This document shows positions 46,335 to 57,934 of a stretch of DNA of 64,000 nucleotides, one piece after another. The position numbers were made by a program, and so were the translations under genes. Numbering within the stretch: the first letter of the stretch is position 1; each line of letters opens with the position of its first letter. The notes beneath the pieces are model-generated. The model was not told the origin of the DNA. It ran no database searches and saw nothing but the letters and a program-made list of their open reading frames with translations. Source of the stretch: Eukaryota sp. TZLM1-RC (Eukaryota; Protista; Metamonada: BaSk clade); contig JAUPSS010000002.1 in assembly GCA_040285825.1 (NCBI GenBank), positions 3,596,001-3,660,000 of the forward strand, written 5' to 3'.

Positions 46335-46945
46335 TCCTTGAACCAAGATTTCCTCTACAAAATCTTGATCTACTTGATGTCTAGCTAAGCTTCTCTAATT
46401 CGATTGAAAAACCGAGGCAATCTATTAATTATGGTAAATTGAGTTCCAGAACGCCATAAAAAGAAATCAAATCTTTTCATTAATTTTCCCTGAACCATTT
46501 TTTGAAATTATTCAAAAAGGTTCCTGCTTCAACTGATAGTCTTCCGTTTATCGAAAATGGGAAAGCATTAAAAAACAAGTGTTCTATTTCTATTAGCATT
46601 AGCTTCTTCAATGTCTTTGTAATATTTTCTATGTTTTTCTTGAACTTTAAATTCAAGGGCATCTACAGCATTAAGTTTTCTTCTTTAAATCAAAGTGTCA
46701 TTTGCAACAATGCAGGATACAAAGTCAACAACAGCTTCAGAGTTCTCAATCCAATCACAGTATATATCACCTCTGTCATCAGAACCAAAATTAGTCAATG
46801 ACAGTGTTTGTTTCAGGTGAGGCTCTTTAATACACGAGATTATTGCAGTTCTTGCCATAGTAAAAACAGTGTCCCTGGTAGCATCATGTAATGAAGCACG
46901 AAAAGTTATCAATTCGAACAATTGAGAGCATGATGCAAAGTAAGC
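46335..46945 (-). mobile_element. Family B RLE 3' fragment
   Basis: HDATRD..FGSDDRGDIYCDW..FPFSINGRLS. Confidence 0.85.
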
Positions 46946-47029
46946 TACTGTTGTATCAAACAGCTCAAATGAAAAACTGTCACAATATTATAATTCAACT
47001 TTACGTTAAGCTGAAAAAGCGAAAATTAT

Positions 47030-49830
47030 CAAGTGCACAGAAAAAATCAATTACTTGAATTCCAACTCACATACTCAATACCTTCTTTGTCCTTTTGTTT
47101 TTTCTTTATTTGGGACCTTGGGAAAAACTGCGTTATCTTTTTGGACGATTTCTCTTCTACTGTCAAAAATAGAACCGAAAGAATATTTGCCCGAACGTTT
47201 TGGCAAAACAGAATTGTATTTTCTATTTTTAAGGGAATGTATAGCCTTGTTCCTAACTCGTTGTTATTACTAGGAAAATTTTATAAAGAAAAAGCTGTAG
47301 GTAGGTTTTCTATAGTAGATGTGGAGTATGAGGAGATTGATTTTTAGTTTTTAACATTTTTGTTTGAATAAAATATGTATCAAAAAAACGGTGAATTCAA
47401 ACAAACATTATTGTTTTGTTTAGCTATTCACAAAACTTTAAATATCATTAAGCAAAAATGCCCTTCTATAAAAATAGTTGCTTATATGGATGATATATCC
47501 CTGATTCGTTCATTTGATTTAAGATCTTGTGAAAAACGATTCTATTGTCCCTTTTACTAATTATAGTAGTGATGCTTTTAAGTTCCTTGGTTGTTGGTTA
47601 GAAAACGTGCCTCAAATTCAGAAGGAATTACAAGTTATTTTGGAGAAAATGAAAATTGAACTTGATTCAATTTCTTCTTCTGATCTAGAAAAACATATTA
47701 AATTTTTCATGCTTAAAATTTGCTACACTGTGAGAATAACCCACATTTTGAGACCTTGTGCTCCTTCCATAGCATTAGATTTTTGTCGTTCCTTTAATTC
47801 ATTGAGAACAGAATTTTTTGCTGATTTATTGGATGTGGAACCAGGAATGTTGAAAAGTCACTTATTTTTTCAGCAAATTTGGGTGGTATTGGATTTACTA
47901 AATCTTCAATTTTGTGTCAATCAGCATTTTTTGGTGGAGAAAAGAATTTTATTTATGAATTTTCTGAAGATTCTCATCTGTTAGTTCCCGTTTGCAGTCC
48001 ATATTTGTATGAGTTATCTTGTGAACTTGAAAAATTGCCACCACAAATTTGGACCAAATGTTTTCCTCAATGAATTCAAGAAATTCCAAACCGATCTCTT
48101 TTTAATTTACATTTTTGCTGTAAAAAGCTTCAACAAAAATTGTCAAAGATTTTTGAAAGCTTGGATTTTGATGTTAAACTTGGCTTGGCCAAGAAAAAGA
48201 ATCCCGCTTTTGCAAATCTTTTACAAGATATGTGTGACAGTACTTCTTCTGCCTTAGTAACAACAATTCTTCAAGTTTATGGTACTCTCTTAACTGCTTC
48301 TGCTTGGACTTTGGATATGAGAATTCGTTCCTTTATCTGGCCTGATAATTTACCTCATAATTTAATTTGTAAATGTTCTCGAGAAATTACAATTACTCAT
48401 TTGTGCAATTGTTAACATTTTATTACTTTTAGAAGCAAGGTTCATGATGCTGTAGGAGACCAGTTATATTGTATGTGTAAGTCTCATAGAATTTAATCCT
48501 TTTTGGAACCTCTGTTGTCAAATCTGTTTGATGCTGAAGATGATTTTCATAAGAATGATAGAGGTGATGTTATATTACCTGGATGAGATGGAAGTTTCAT
48601 TTTATTGAATGTAATGTCTGTTGATCCTTGTAATGTCTCAAATGAAAGGCTAGATAATTCTGAAATTCATAATCCTCTTTCAAACGCTGAAAACAAATTA
48701 CAAATTCAAAAAATACAATGAACCTTTGTCTAAATTGTTCAGTCTGCAGCATGCAAAATTCAATTTGTATCCATTTGTATTTTCTCTTTTTGGATCACTT
48801 GCACCAACGGCTTTACGTTTTTTGGAAGATTTTGAAATGATTGTAAAGTGGAGAACTAACAGAAATCTCAACAGATTGTTTTGGCAAAATAAAATTGTGT
48901 TTTATGTTTGCAAGTGGATGTTGAAGATGGTTTCTGATGCTTTGCTTTCTCTTGGATCTCACTATAAGGGAGTTGCATCTAGTGTTTTTGTTTTGGGAGA
49001 GATGGATTATTTAGATGTTGATTTATGGGTTTATAAAATTAATAATACAAAAAAATTCAAACAAATACATTTTTCTTTTACTTTTATATGTTTTTCCATT
49101 CAATTTTGATTACTTGAAAATGTTCTTGCTTGTTTTTTTATTGTTTCGATATTTGGAATAAATGTTTCCCTAACAATGAACAAGAAATGCCACCTAGAAC
49201 GCTAATAAGCATGCGGTATTTTGTTGCAAAAATTGCAAAAAAAAATAACACCAATTTTTGAAGGCTTGGATTTTAATGTTCGTCTTGGCTTGGCCAAAAA
49301 TGATAATCTCGCTTTCGCAAATGTTTTGCTAGTTGCCTAAAATAGGTCTTCTTGTTTAAATTCTGAAATTCGTCAAATTTATGGTCTTCTTTTAGATGAT
49401 ACCGAATTTTCTTGTACGATGCGCCTTAGATGTTTCATTTGGCCCAATAACGTTCCTCAAAATTTGATTCGCAAATGTGTATCAAAAATTTCTTCAAATC
49501 AACTTTTTAATTGTAAACACTTTATTACTTTCCGACCAAGGACGATGATGCAGTAAGGGATCAACTCTATTGTATGTCAAAGTCACACAGAATTGTTTCC
49601 TATTTAGAACCTTTACTCTCTTGTTTGGTTGATGAAGATACTTTACATTCTCTTGGTCGAAATAGAGGTGATCTAATGCTTGAAGGTCTTGCAGGAATGA
49701 CCATCTTTAATCATGTGAGTTTCACTGATGTTGATAATGACACTTTCTCACCATTAGTTCAAGCAAAAACACTAGAATCCGTTGTTTGTTGCTGAAAAAT
49801 CTAAAATTGATAATGGAGCAAAGTTGCTTT
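47030..49830 (+). mobile_element. Tandem cluster of RLE non-LTR fragments (3' end at 47030-47375; family A copy at about 47405-49060; family D fragment at about 49230-49830)
   Basis: 47405-49060 aligns to about 8240-9980 with many stops and indels. The other pieces carry PFVFSLFG..FWQNRIVFS and RNRGDL motifs. Confidence 0.85.
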
Positions 49831-51194
49831 TGTTGGCATCCTAAGGCTTATATCATATGAATGAAAAATCAATCAGACTTTTTTTATCACTTTAGACTAA
49901 CGGCTACAATAATTATTAGCCTTTTACGTCCAGATATTCCGTAATAATTTCAGCAACTATACAATAACAGTTAACCAGTTATCTATTTAGTATGGCAGAC
50001 ATCTCAAGGAAAGATATCTCTGACTTCACACATTCACCTAACATGAAACAGGGTACACATCATCACGTACGGAAAATTGACGAGGAAACGGACCCGAATC
50101 CCACCTCCCCCTTCAAGAAAAAAGTATATGAAAGAGAAGATAAGGTTGATCCTTTTGCAAAAGTGGTTACAAAAGGAACAGGCGCGGATCTAAATTTCAT
50201 TTCTCCTTCCAAAATAAATAAAAGGGTTACGAGAACGGAGCCTGCTCCATTTTCCCTCAGTAAAGAAGTTTTGTCGACGGGGGTAACGGAAACGGATCCG
50301 GCTCCGTTTCCTTTCCCAAAAACAGCATCCAAGGTTAAGGAGACGGATGAAATTCGCATCTTCAACACGTCGACCCTCTTAGGAGCGTATGATGAGTTTC
50401 ATGCTCAACTAGATGACAAGGGGAAGATGACTTTAGTGATGGATTCTACAAACTGCTAACAAGGACGCAAAGCCTTACCTCGAGTCAATGGACTTTTGTC
50501 TATTTGAGCAGCTGCTTCCCTTATGGAGCCAAACACAAAAAAGTCGACTACAGACGAGGTTTCGAGTAGAAACACGTTCACCACTAATGTACCAGGAGGG
50601 CAAGGATACGAATGTTGTTACTCTTACAAATTTAGTTGTAAAGGCAGAACTTTAACAACACAAGACGCCGCCTTCAGAGTTCTAAAGTTTGTCACTTTGT
50701 CTACTGTTGTTGTTAATCCAACATAGAGAACTGTATAATCATTAGCAAACCCACTATTCGATTCCATGATCCCTTCACTAAACGACACTACCACGTTACT
50801 CGTTTACGAAAAAAAAGAAGGAGCAGAGCGTCTTTATGTGGCGATTACAACACACCCAACAAAGTAATCAAACACACAGATCTTGAAACGAGGCCCTTTA
50901 AGTTATTGTTAACTATTATATTCTACATAATTTGTACATCAATTGTCGATCTTGAAAATGTAAAACCACTGTTTGTATGAATCCCAATCAGCTCAGAGTT
51001 ATCAGTAGACAATAGTACACATTAGTATTTAGTAATTTAGTTATTTAGTTATTTGTTCATAATTTCTGTTTCATATTCATATAAGCTAATTTATTTTGAA
51101 AAGGGAAGAGGCAATGTTGGCGCCCTATGGCTTATATCATATGAATAAAAAATAAATCAGGCTTTTCTTTAATCACTTTAGACTTATAACTACA
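49831..51194 (+). mobile_element. Short-LTR (TRIM-like) non-autonomous element with non-retroviral cargo (1364 bp)
   Basis: Diverged direct repeats at 49831-49908 and 51115-51194 (TGTTGG...CTACA). ATAATTATTAGCC follows the 5' repeat; purine tract GAAAAGGGAAGAGGCAA precedes the 3' repeat. Exact TSD CTTT. Confidence 0.82.
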
Positions 51195-51504
51195 CTTTTT
51201 TGAATGTCAAATCTCATAGTCATTTCATTATCCATTTGCATTCTCCTTACCTAACTCCCTTAGGGCCATTGTTTTGTCATTCTTAAATGATTTTGGCCAG
51301 TTTTATGAAAAAAAACATCCAGTCAATTCTTTTTGGCTAATTTGGGGCAAAAATATACAGATTTGTTGTATAGATTTTGCTATCGCTACTGAGGAACTTA
51401 ATAAAACATGATTTTCCCAAACGGAAAATCTTTAAAGTAGAAGATATACACAATTTATAAACATTAACCAATTAAAAACGATAAACAGAGAAATATACAT
51501 GAAA

Positions 51505-52588
51505 TCAAATAGATTCAATAGGAATTGTAGGAATCTCATGACCCTCAATCATAGAGTCAAAAGCAGGTCCCAAATACTCCTTGGCGATTTCGCGTTCCTT
51601 GAGAAGCTCAGCGGTGGTTTGCTCAAAGCAGGATTGTTCAAACTGAGACAACTTGATGCCAGATACGACCTTGAATTCCCCATCAGGAGAGATAATTACA
51701 GGCATGGAAAAGAACACGCCTTTAGGAACTCCATAAACCTTGCCATCAGAAAGAACTCCCATGGAGGTGATGTGCTCAACTCCATTAGCCCAGTTGAAAA
51801 GATGACACAAGGTGGCTCTTGCAGCACTTGGAGCACTAGATGAACCCTTCGTTTTAATGATTTGGGCACCTGGTGTTAGTAAAATGTAAACAAGACAAAC
51901 CTCTTTTGCGGGTAAACTCGGTCAGTTCAGGGGAGTAATTAGGAATGTTCGCCAAAAGATCATTGAGTGGAGTCTTTGTGGCACCATCATCAATGTAGGC
52001 GGCACCAGTACTTACAGTCATCGTGGCTGAATGATTACCAAAAATGCAGACATTCTTAATATCCGTTGGACCATACTTGTAGCTTAAGAAATCAGAAATT
52101 TTGGATAAAGCTCTGTTATGATCTAGACGAGAAAGAGAAGCCCAATTGTAGTGAGGAATACTGGGTGCATGAGACCGAGCAATAAGAGCATTGGTATTTG
52201 CGGGGTTGCCAACAACAGAAACTTTGACAGTCCTAGGGGCAAACTTCTCAATAGCTTGCCCTTGTTCACGAAAGATAGCACCATTGAGTTTGAGTAGATC
52301 GGAACGCTCCATACCAGGACCACGGGGCCTTGCACCAGCAAGAATGATGAAGTCGGCATCAGTGAATGCTTCCTCTAGCGAATCAGCAATGGTAACACTT
52401 TTCAGGTGCTCAAAAGCACAGTCGCGAAGTTCCATAACAGTTCCTTCCAGTTTCTCCCGCATCGCAGGAATATCAAAGAGACATAAATCGACTAATTCAC
52501 TACCGAGCATTTGACCTTGCCCGATACCAAACAAGAGATTAGAGCCTACTTGCCCTTGAGCACCAGTAACAACGACTTTGTATACCAT
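51505..52588 (-). CDS. MDH: Malate dehydrogenase (cytosolic type); exons 52588-51901 and 51869-51505
   Basis: VTGAQGQVG, PRGPGMERSDLL, VVGNPANTN, RLDHNRA, FGNHS and RG|AQII joined across a 31-nt GT-AG intron; 350 aa. Confidence 0.95.
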
Positions 52589-53322
52589 GTCTATTCAGCA
52601 GAAGTGCGAAGAAAATCACGATTTTTTCTGAGGATTTCAGAAAAACGGTCATCAATTCAATTCTTTTCTGTTATCGTTTCAATTTGTTCCAAGCGCACCT
52701 ACTGTTGACCGATATGGCAGTCACGCTATTGTTTCTTCCACTTTAATAATGTTGCATCATCTGTATAATGTACTTCTGTAGTTCCAATTTTGTCCCGAAA
52801 TACAAACTAAAAAGTGTCAGTAAACGAATATTACGTGACAATAACATGATTTTTATCATCTTTAGAATACACAGATTACTGTAATTTTATGAGTTGTGCA
52901 TAAAACACTAATTACTTAGTATTCGTTTTCTGAAGTTTGTTCATTACTTGTTTTGTGTAATCTGTTCAAATATGAAAGGATTGGTTATCTTGATGCTATG
53001 GCCGGAACATCTATCAAACTACCAAAGTCTTCAAAGTAGTCAGTTTTAAGTTTCGTTCTGGTCTTCTATCATTGTTACAGTTATTGTTATACTTCCATTG
53101 AATCTGCCCTTAAGGTTGCTCCTGAATTACACACATTAAATTATGTCAATTTCATCATTGTTAAAGTCAATAATGATAGATTTAATTCAACAAATGAAAA
53201 TCTATTGGGAATGTTTGTGATGGAGAGTATTTCAGACTAAAACAAATACAATTTTTACTAGAACAAAAGTTCCTATATCAAAAAAATTAAATAAAGATGA
53301 CTAAAACTAAAGAAAAAACTAA

Positions 53323-55512
53323 TCAAAAATTAAACTTAATACCATTCTTCTGATGAATTGAGATTGATCCAGTGTAAGATCCTTTTTTGAGCTTGGTTTT
53401 TTGAGCTTTGAACCCCTTGCCTCGAGTTGGAGCAAGACGTTGGTGTGCCCGTTGTCCAAAATGTTCTTTTTTTGTATAAAATTCATTAGACTTTAATCTA
53501 TCGTCCATGAATTCCACATTGGCAAACTTGGCTTGCCTACTTTCATGTACCATGTTGTTGGCTGTACGACGCTTACGGTTTTCAGGGACACGTGGAGAAG
53601 CTTCAGATTGTTTACTTTTCAAAGGTGGTTCCTCTGCTGGAGCTTTTGAGCGACGCTTCTGTCCAGCTCGGGGATAACGAGATTGAGAAGTGACATGGGC
53701 GGATTCTTCTGAGATGGAAAGATTTGAAAATGGATGGTTGTCTGATAATTTTGCCATTTGAGCTTCACTTACAGAACTAGAAGATTTGGCGGCAATGACA
53801 GGAGCAGGTGCTTCTGCTTCTGAATCACTGTCAGAGTCGGAAGAGTCATCATCTGAAGAATCTTCAGTATTCATCGGAGCAGCCTTAGTTTCTACTTCGC
53901 TTTCAGAGCTAGATGAATCATCTGAAGAGTCAGAAGATTTTGCGGCAATGGCAGGAGCAGGTGCTTCTCCTTCGGATTCGCTGTCAGAGTCGGAAGAGTC
54001 ATCCTCTGAAGAATCTTCAGCATTCATCGGAGCAGCCTTAGTTTCTACTTCGCTTTCAGAGCTAGATGAATCATCTGAAGAGTCAGAAGATTTTGCGACA
54101 ATGGCAGGAGCAGGTGCTTCTTCTTCGGATTCGCTGTCAGAGTCGGAAGAGTCATCATCTGAAGAATCTTCAGTATTCATCGGAGCAGCCTTAGTTTCTA
54201 CTTCGCTTTCAGAGCTAGATGAATCATCTGAAGAGTCAGAAGATTTTGCGGCAATGGCAGGAGCAGGTGCTTCTCCTTCGGATTCGCTGTCAGAGTCGGA
54301 AGAGTCATCCTCTGAAGAATCTTCAGCATTCATCGGAGCAGCCTTAGTTTCTACTTCGCTTTCAGAGCTAGATGAATCATCTGAAGAGTCAGAAGATTTT
54401 GCGACAATGGCAGGAGCAGGTGCTTCTTCTTCGGATTCGCTGTCAGAGTCGGAAGAGTCATCATCTGAAGAATCTTCAGTATTCATCGGAGCAGCCTTAG
54501 TTTCTACTTCGCTTTCAGAGCTAGATGAATCATCTGAAGGGTCAGAAGAGTCTGCAACATTTCTAAAAACTGGTGTTTCTGCTTCAGATTCGCTGTCAGA
54601 CTCTGATGAGTCATCTGAAGAATCTTCAGCATTCATGGGAACAGATTGAGTTTGAGTTTCATCCTCAGAATCAGAATCATCCGAAGAGTCAGAAGAGTCT
54701 GCAACATTTGTAGAAACTGGTGCTTCTGCTTCGGATTCGCTATCAGACTCTGATGAATCATCTGAAGAATCTTCAGCATTCATGGGAACAGACTTAGTTT
54801 GAGTTTCATCCACGGAATCAGAATCATCCGAAGAATCAGAAGAGTCTGCAACATTTGTAGACACTGATGCTTCTGCTTCGGATTCGCTGTCAGACTCTGA
54901 TGAATCATCTGAAGAATCTTCAGCATTCATGGGAACAGACTTAGTTTCTGCTTCGCTGTCAGAGTCAGAGGAATCATCTGAAGAGTCAGAAGACTTTGCG
55001 GCAATCGCAAGAGCAGGTGCTTCAGCCTCGGATTCGCTGTCAGAGTCGGAAGAGTCATCATCTGAAGAATCTTCAGCATGCATCGGAACGGACTTAGTTT
55101 CTGCTTCGCTTTCAGAGTCAGATGAATCATCTGAAGAGTCAGAAGATTTTGCAGCAACGGCAGGAGCAGGTGCTTCTGCTTCGGATTCGGATTCGCTGTC
55201 AGAGTCGTCTGAAGAATCTTCAGCATTCATGGGAACAGACTTAGTTTGAGTTTCGTCCTCGGAATCAGAATCGTCTGAGGAATCAGATGAGACTGCAACA
55301 TTTGTAGAAACTGGTTCTGTTTGAGAATCGCTGTCAGAGTCAGAAGAATCATCTAAGGAAGCATCATTTTTGGATAGTGACTTAACATCTGCCTCAATCC
55401 CAGAGTCTGTAGATGAATCTGCTGAAGAACAGTTTTGCTGTAATATTTGCTGTGTAACAACATCTTCCTGTGAAGACAAACTAGAATCACTGAGTGATGA
55501 CGAAGAGCTCAT
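53323..55512 (-). CDS. SRP40: Srp40/Nopp140 (NOLC1)-like nucleolar phosphoprotein
   Basis: Acidic Ser-rich repeats plus the SRP40_C domain FGQRAH..L..TRGKGF...KTK.KKGSY.G.I......IKF. Confidence 0.9.
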   Translation of the reverse strand: MSSSSSLSDSSLSSQEDVVTQQILQQNCSSADSSTDSGIEADVKSLSKNDASLDDSSDSDSDSQTEPVSTNVAVSSDSSDDSDSEDETQTKSVPMNAEDSSDDSDSESESEAEAPAPAVAAKSSDSSDDSSDSESEAETKSVPMHAEDSSDDDSSDSDSESEAEAPALAIAAKSSDSSDDSSDSDSEAETKSVPMNAEDSSDDSSESDSESEAEASVSTNVADSSDSSDDSDSVDETQTKSVPMNAEDSSDDSSESDSESEAEAPVSTNVADSSDSSDDSDSEDETQTQSVPMNAEDSSDDSSESDSESEAETPVFRNVADSSDPSDDSSSSESEVETKAAPMNTEDSSDDDSSDSDSESEEEAPAPAIVAKSSDSSDDSSSSESEVETKAAPMNAEDSSEDDSSDSDSESEGEAPAPAIAAKSSDSSDDSSSSESEVETKAAPMNTEDSSDDDSSDSDSESEEEAPAPAIVAKSSDSSDDSSSSESEVETKAAPMNAEDSSEDDSSDSDSESEGEAPAPAIAAKSSDSSDDSSSSESEVETKAAPMNTEDSSDDDSSDSDSDSEAEAPAPVIAAKSSSSVSEAQMAKLSDNHPFSNLSISEESAHVTSQSRYPRAGQKRRSKAPAEEPPLKSKQSEASPRVPENRKRRTANNMVHESRQAKFANVEFMDDRLKSNEFYTKKEHFGQRAHQRLAPTRGKGFKAQKTKLKKGSYTGSISIHQKNGIKFNF
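53780..55330 (-). repeat. Coding tandem repeat, about 147-153-bp units
   Basis: CGGAGCAGCCTTAG recurs at 53875, 54028, 54181, 54334 and 54487 (period 153). Older, diverged units extend to about 55330. Confidence 0.9.
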
Positions 55513-56218
55513 TGGGGCTCAACGAAGATAGAATCTGTTGAGGGTGGAGAAACCTCAATTCAATTCAATTGATTAAATGAAATCAAATTAGTGTTAAATA
55601 GTGTTAGAGACCCCACCTGTCAGAAAATCAGTGACCCACTGGCTGACAGGTCGCCCGACATAAGTCGAGATTTCTAACATTGTTCACCCTTAAAGCCCAG
55701 CTTTATCACAAACCCATGGGGGATTGAGGATATACAATGGTCTTTGTTCCAAGGAAAAACCTCATGTATTGTGAGTCCCAAGAACAATTTTATTTTTCGT
55801 TATTCAATTGTATCTGTTTTGGGACACTTCTAGTTTTACAAAATTTAATTGCACGATGAGAATAACTATGTATTTTGATTTTATTAATGAATGACTTCTT
55901 CAGCAGAACTTTTGTATTCTCTCTGCTCAAAATGGAATAATTAGACAGATTTCGATTATTGCTTTCAACCCATCGTTCTTGGCGAAAAAATTCGTGGGTT
56001 GTAGACGTAATTCAGACAGATTTCATTTTGCAAAGGATGGCTTGACTGTTAAATGATGCAATGGTTGCCCATCAAACACCTTTGTCATTCAAAATACACT
56101 GTAATTAAAGTTTAATTATATTTATTTCCTGACTTATAAAACCAGTAGAAAGATTTCCCAAATAATTCTTTCCTATACAGCATCCACAAAATAAAGCATC
56201 AAAGTCTATAAACAAGGA

Positions 56219-56800
56219 TCAAGAACTGTGTGCCCTTCGTTTCCTATTTGGATATTGTTTATGTTTTTGGACTGAACGAACATCTAAAAAAGTTCCATCC
56301 TCCTTACGTATGGTGTGAATAAATGTGGAATTCTTTTCCTCATTAATGGACGAAATGAATAATTCTGGTAGTAGTACCTTCATGTCCTCTATGATAGTGT
56401 CATCCACACGAAGATAGAATTTTATCAATTTTAACACTCGTGTAAGTGAAACTTTGAGAGTTATAGGTTTAGTGGATTCAATTTGTTTAGGAACACAACC
56501 AACGTACACTTGGCAAAACTTACAAACATTTTGGATTATAGCTGTTCTTTCGGGAGAGGGGGGATGGACTAAATGTCCACCATGTATTCCTTGGTGCACA
56601 GGAGTGCTTATTATCATGTCAGAAGCTAGCTCCTTCTTTATATTAGCTGATGTGTCTTTTCTGGTTTGAAGATGCGGTCTTGATGAGGAATTTACAGTTT
56701 GAATTTGTTGTTCATAATGAGAACCATGAACAGGTGGACGTCCTGCAGCAATAGAAATTGCATCCTGCATAGCTTCAATTATAGGCAATTGGATATACAT
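56219..56800 (-). pseudogene. Hypothetical ORF remnant whose 5' region is hit by a non-LTR insertion
   Basis: 193-aa ORF with no recognisable motif. The insertion sits about 35 bp upstream of the ATG. Confidence 0.35.
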
Positions 56801-56850
56801 TTAGAGGAATTCAAATCAGTTTTGATTTTTCCCTATTCATATGCTTAATA

Positions 56851-57934
56851 TCAAAGTTCCACTGTTTTTGCATTAAATGAAGAAATTTCAAGAATTGATG
56901 TAGAAAAATGGGGTCGATGTTTTCCCCAATCATTCAATGGCAATATTCCAGAAAAAAATGTTTTAAATTTGAAGTACACTCTTCGAACATTACAGAAAAG
57001 ATTGACTGGAATGTATGAAAAAGATCTTTATAATAATATTTGCAGCTCGGCTGTTTTAAATCAAGATCTTCACTCATTGTTATTGGAAAAGGGTGTTTGT
57101 GAAAACAAGGTGTCAGATTCTTCACTTTTTGTAACCATTGTACCACGAAGATTTGGATTGTGTGCTACTAATGAAGCATTTGTAACAAAAATGAGATTAT
57201 ATTTGAACATCCCCATTAACCAATTATTATCAAAAGAAAAATGTATTTGTTCGAATTCACCTCAACTCACTTTGCGCCATGCTCTAAATTGCTCTAAATT
57301 GATAACTTATCGTTCTTCATTACATGATGCTGTTAGAGACACTGTTTTCAATATGGCACAAACTGCAAGGATATCGTGTATCAAAGAGCCCCTGCTGAAA
57401 GAAACACTTTCTCTGAATAATTTTGGTTCTGATGATAGAGGTGATGTATACTGTGATTGGATTGATAATTCTGAAGCTATTGTTGACTTTGTCTCATGTA
57501 ATGTTGCAAACGATACTTTGGTTCACAGAAGAAAACTTAATCCTGTGGCTGCTCTGGATTTTAAAGCAAAAGAAAAACATAGAAAATATGATAAAGAAAT
57601 TGAAGATGCAAATATCGATAGAAATACACAGCTGGTTTTTATTGCTTTTCCATTTTCGATAAATGGAAGATTATCAGTTGAAGCAGAAACTTTTTTGGAT
57701 GACTTCCAAAAAATGGTGAAAGAAAAAACAATGAAAAGATTTGATATTTTTTTATGGCGTTCACGGATTCAATTTGCCATTATTAATAGATTACCGCGGT
57801 TTTTCAATCGAATTAGAGAAGCTTTAGCTAGACAGCAAGCAAATCAAGATTTTGTAGAGGAAATCTTGGTTTAATGATAGTCGTCCCATTAGTTATGATT
57901 TAATTTAATCAAGTGTGCAAATTCAATAAATTAA
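56851..57934 (+). mobile_element. Recent 5'-truncated family B non-LTR insertion with 17-bp TSD
   Basis: Open CCHC+RLE ORF. TATTCATATGCTTAATA at 56834-56850 and 57935-57951. Confidence 0.93.

Noticed and set aside
53786-55249. Long plus-strand Ser/Glu-rich ORFs (287 and 106 aa)
   Set aside because: They are antisense shadows of the Srp40 repeat. The conserved SRP40_C domain is on the minus strand.
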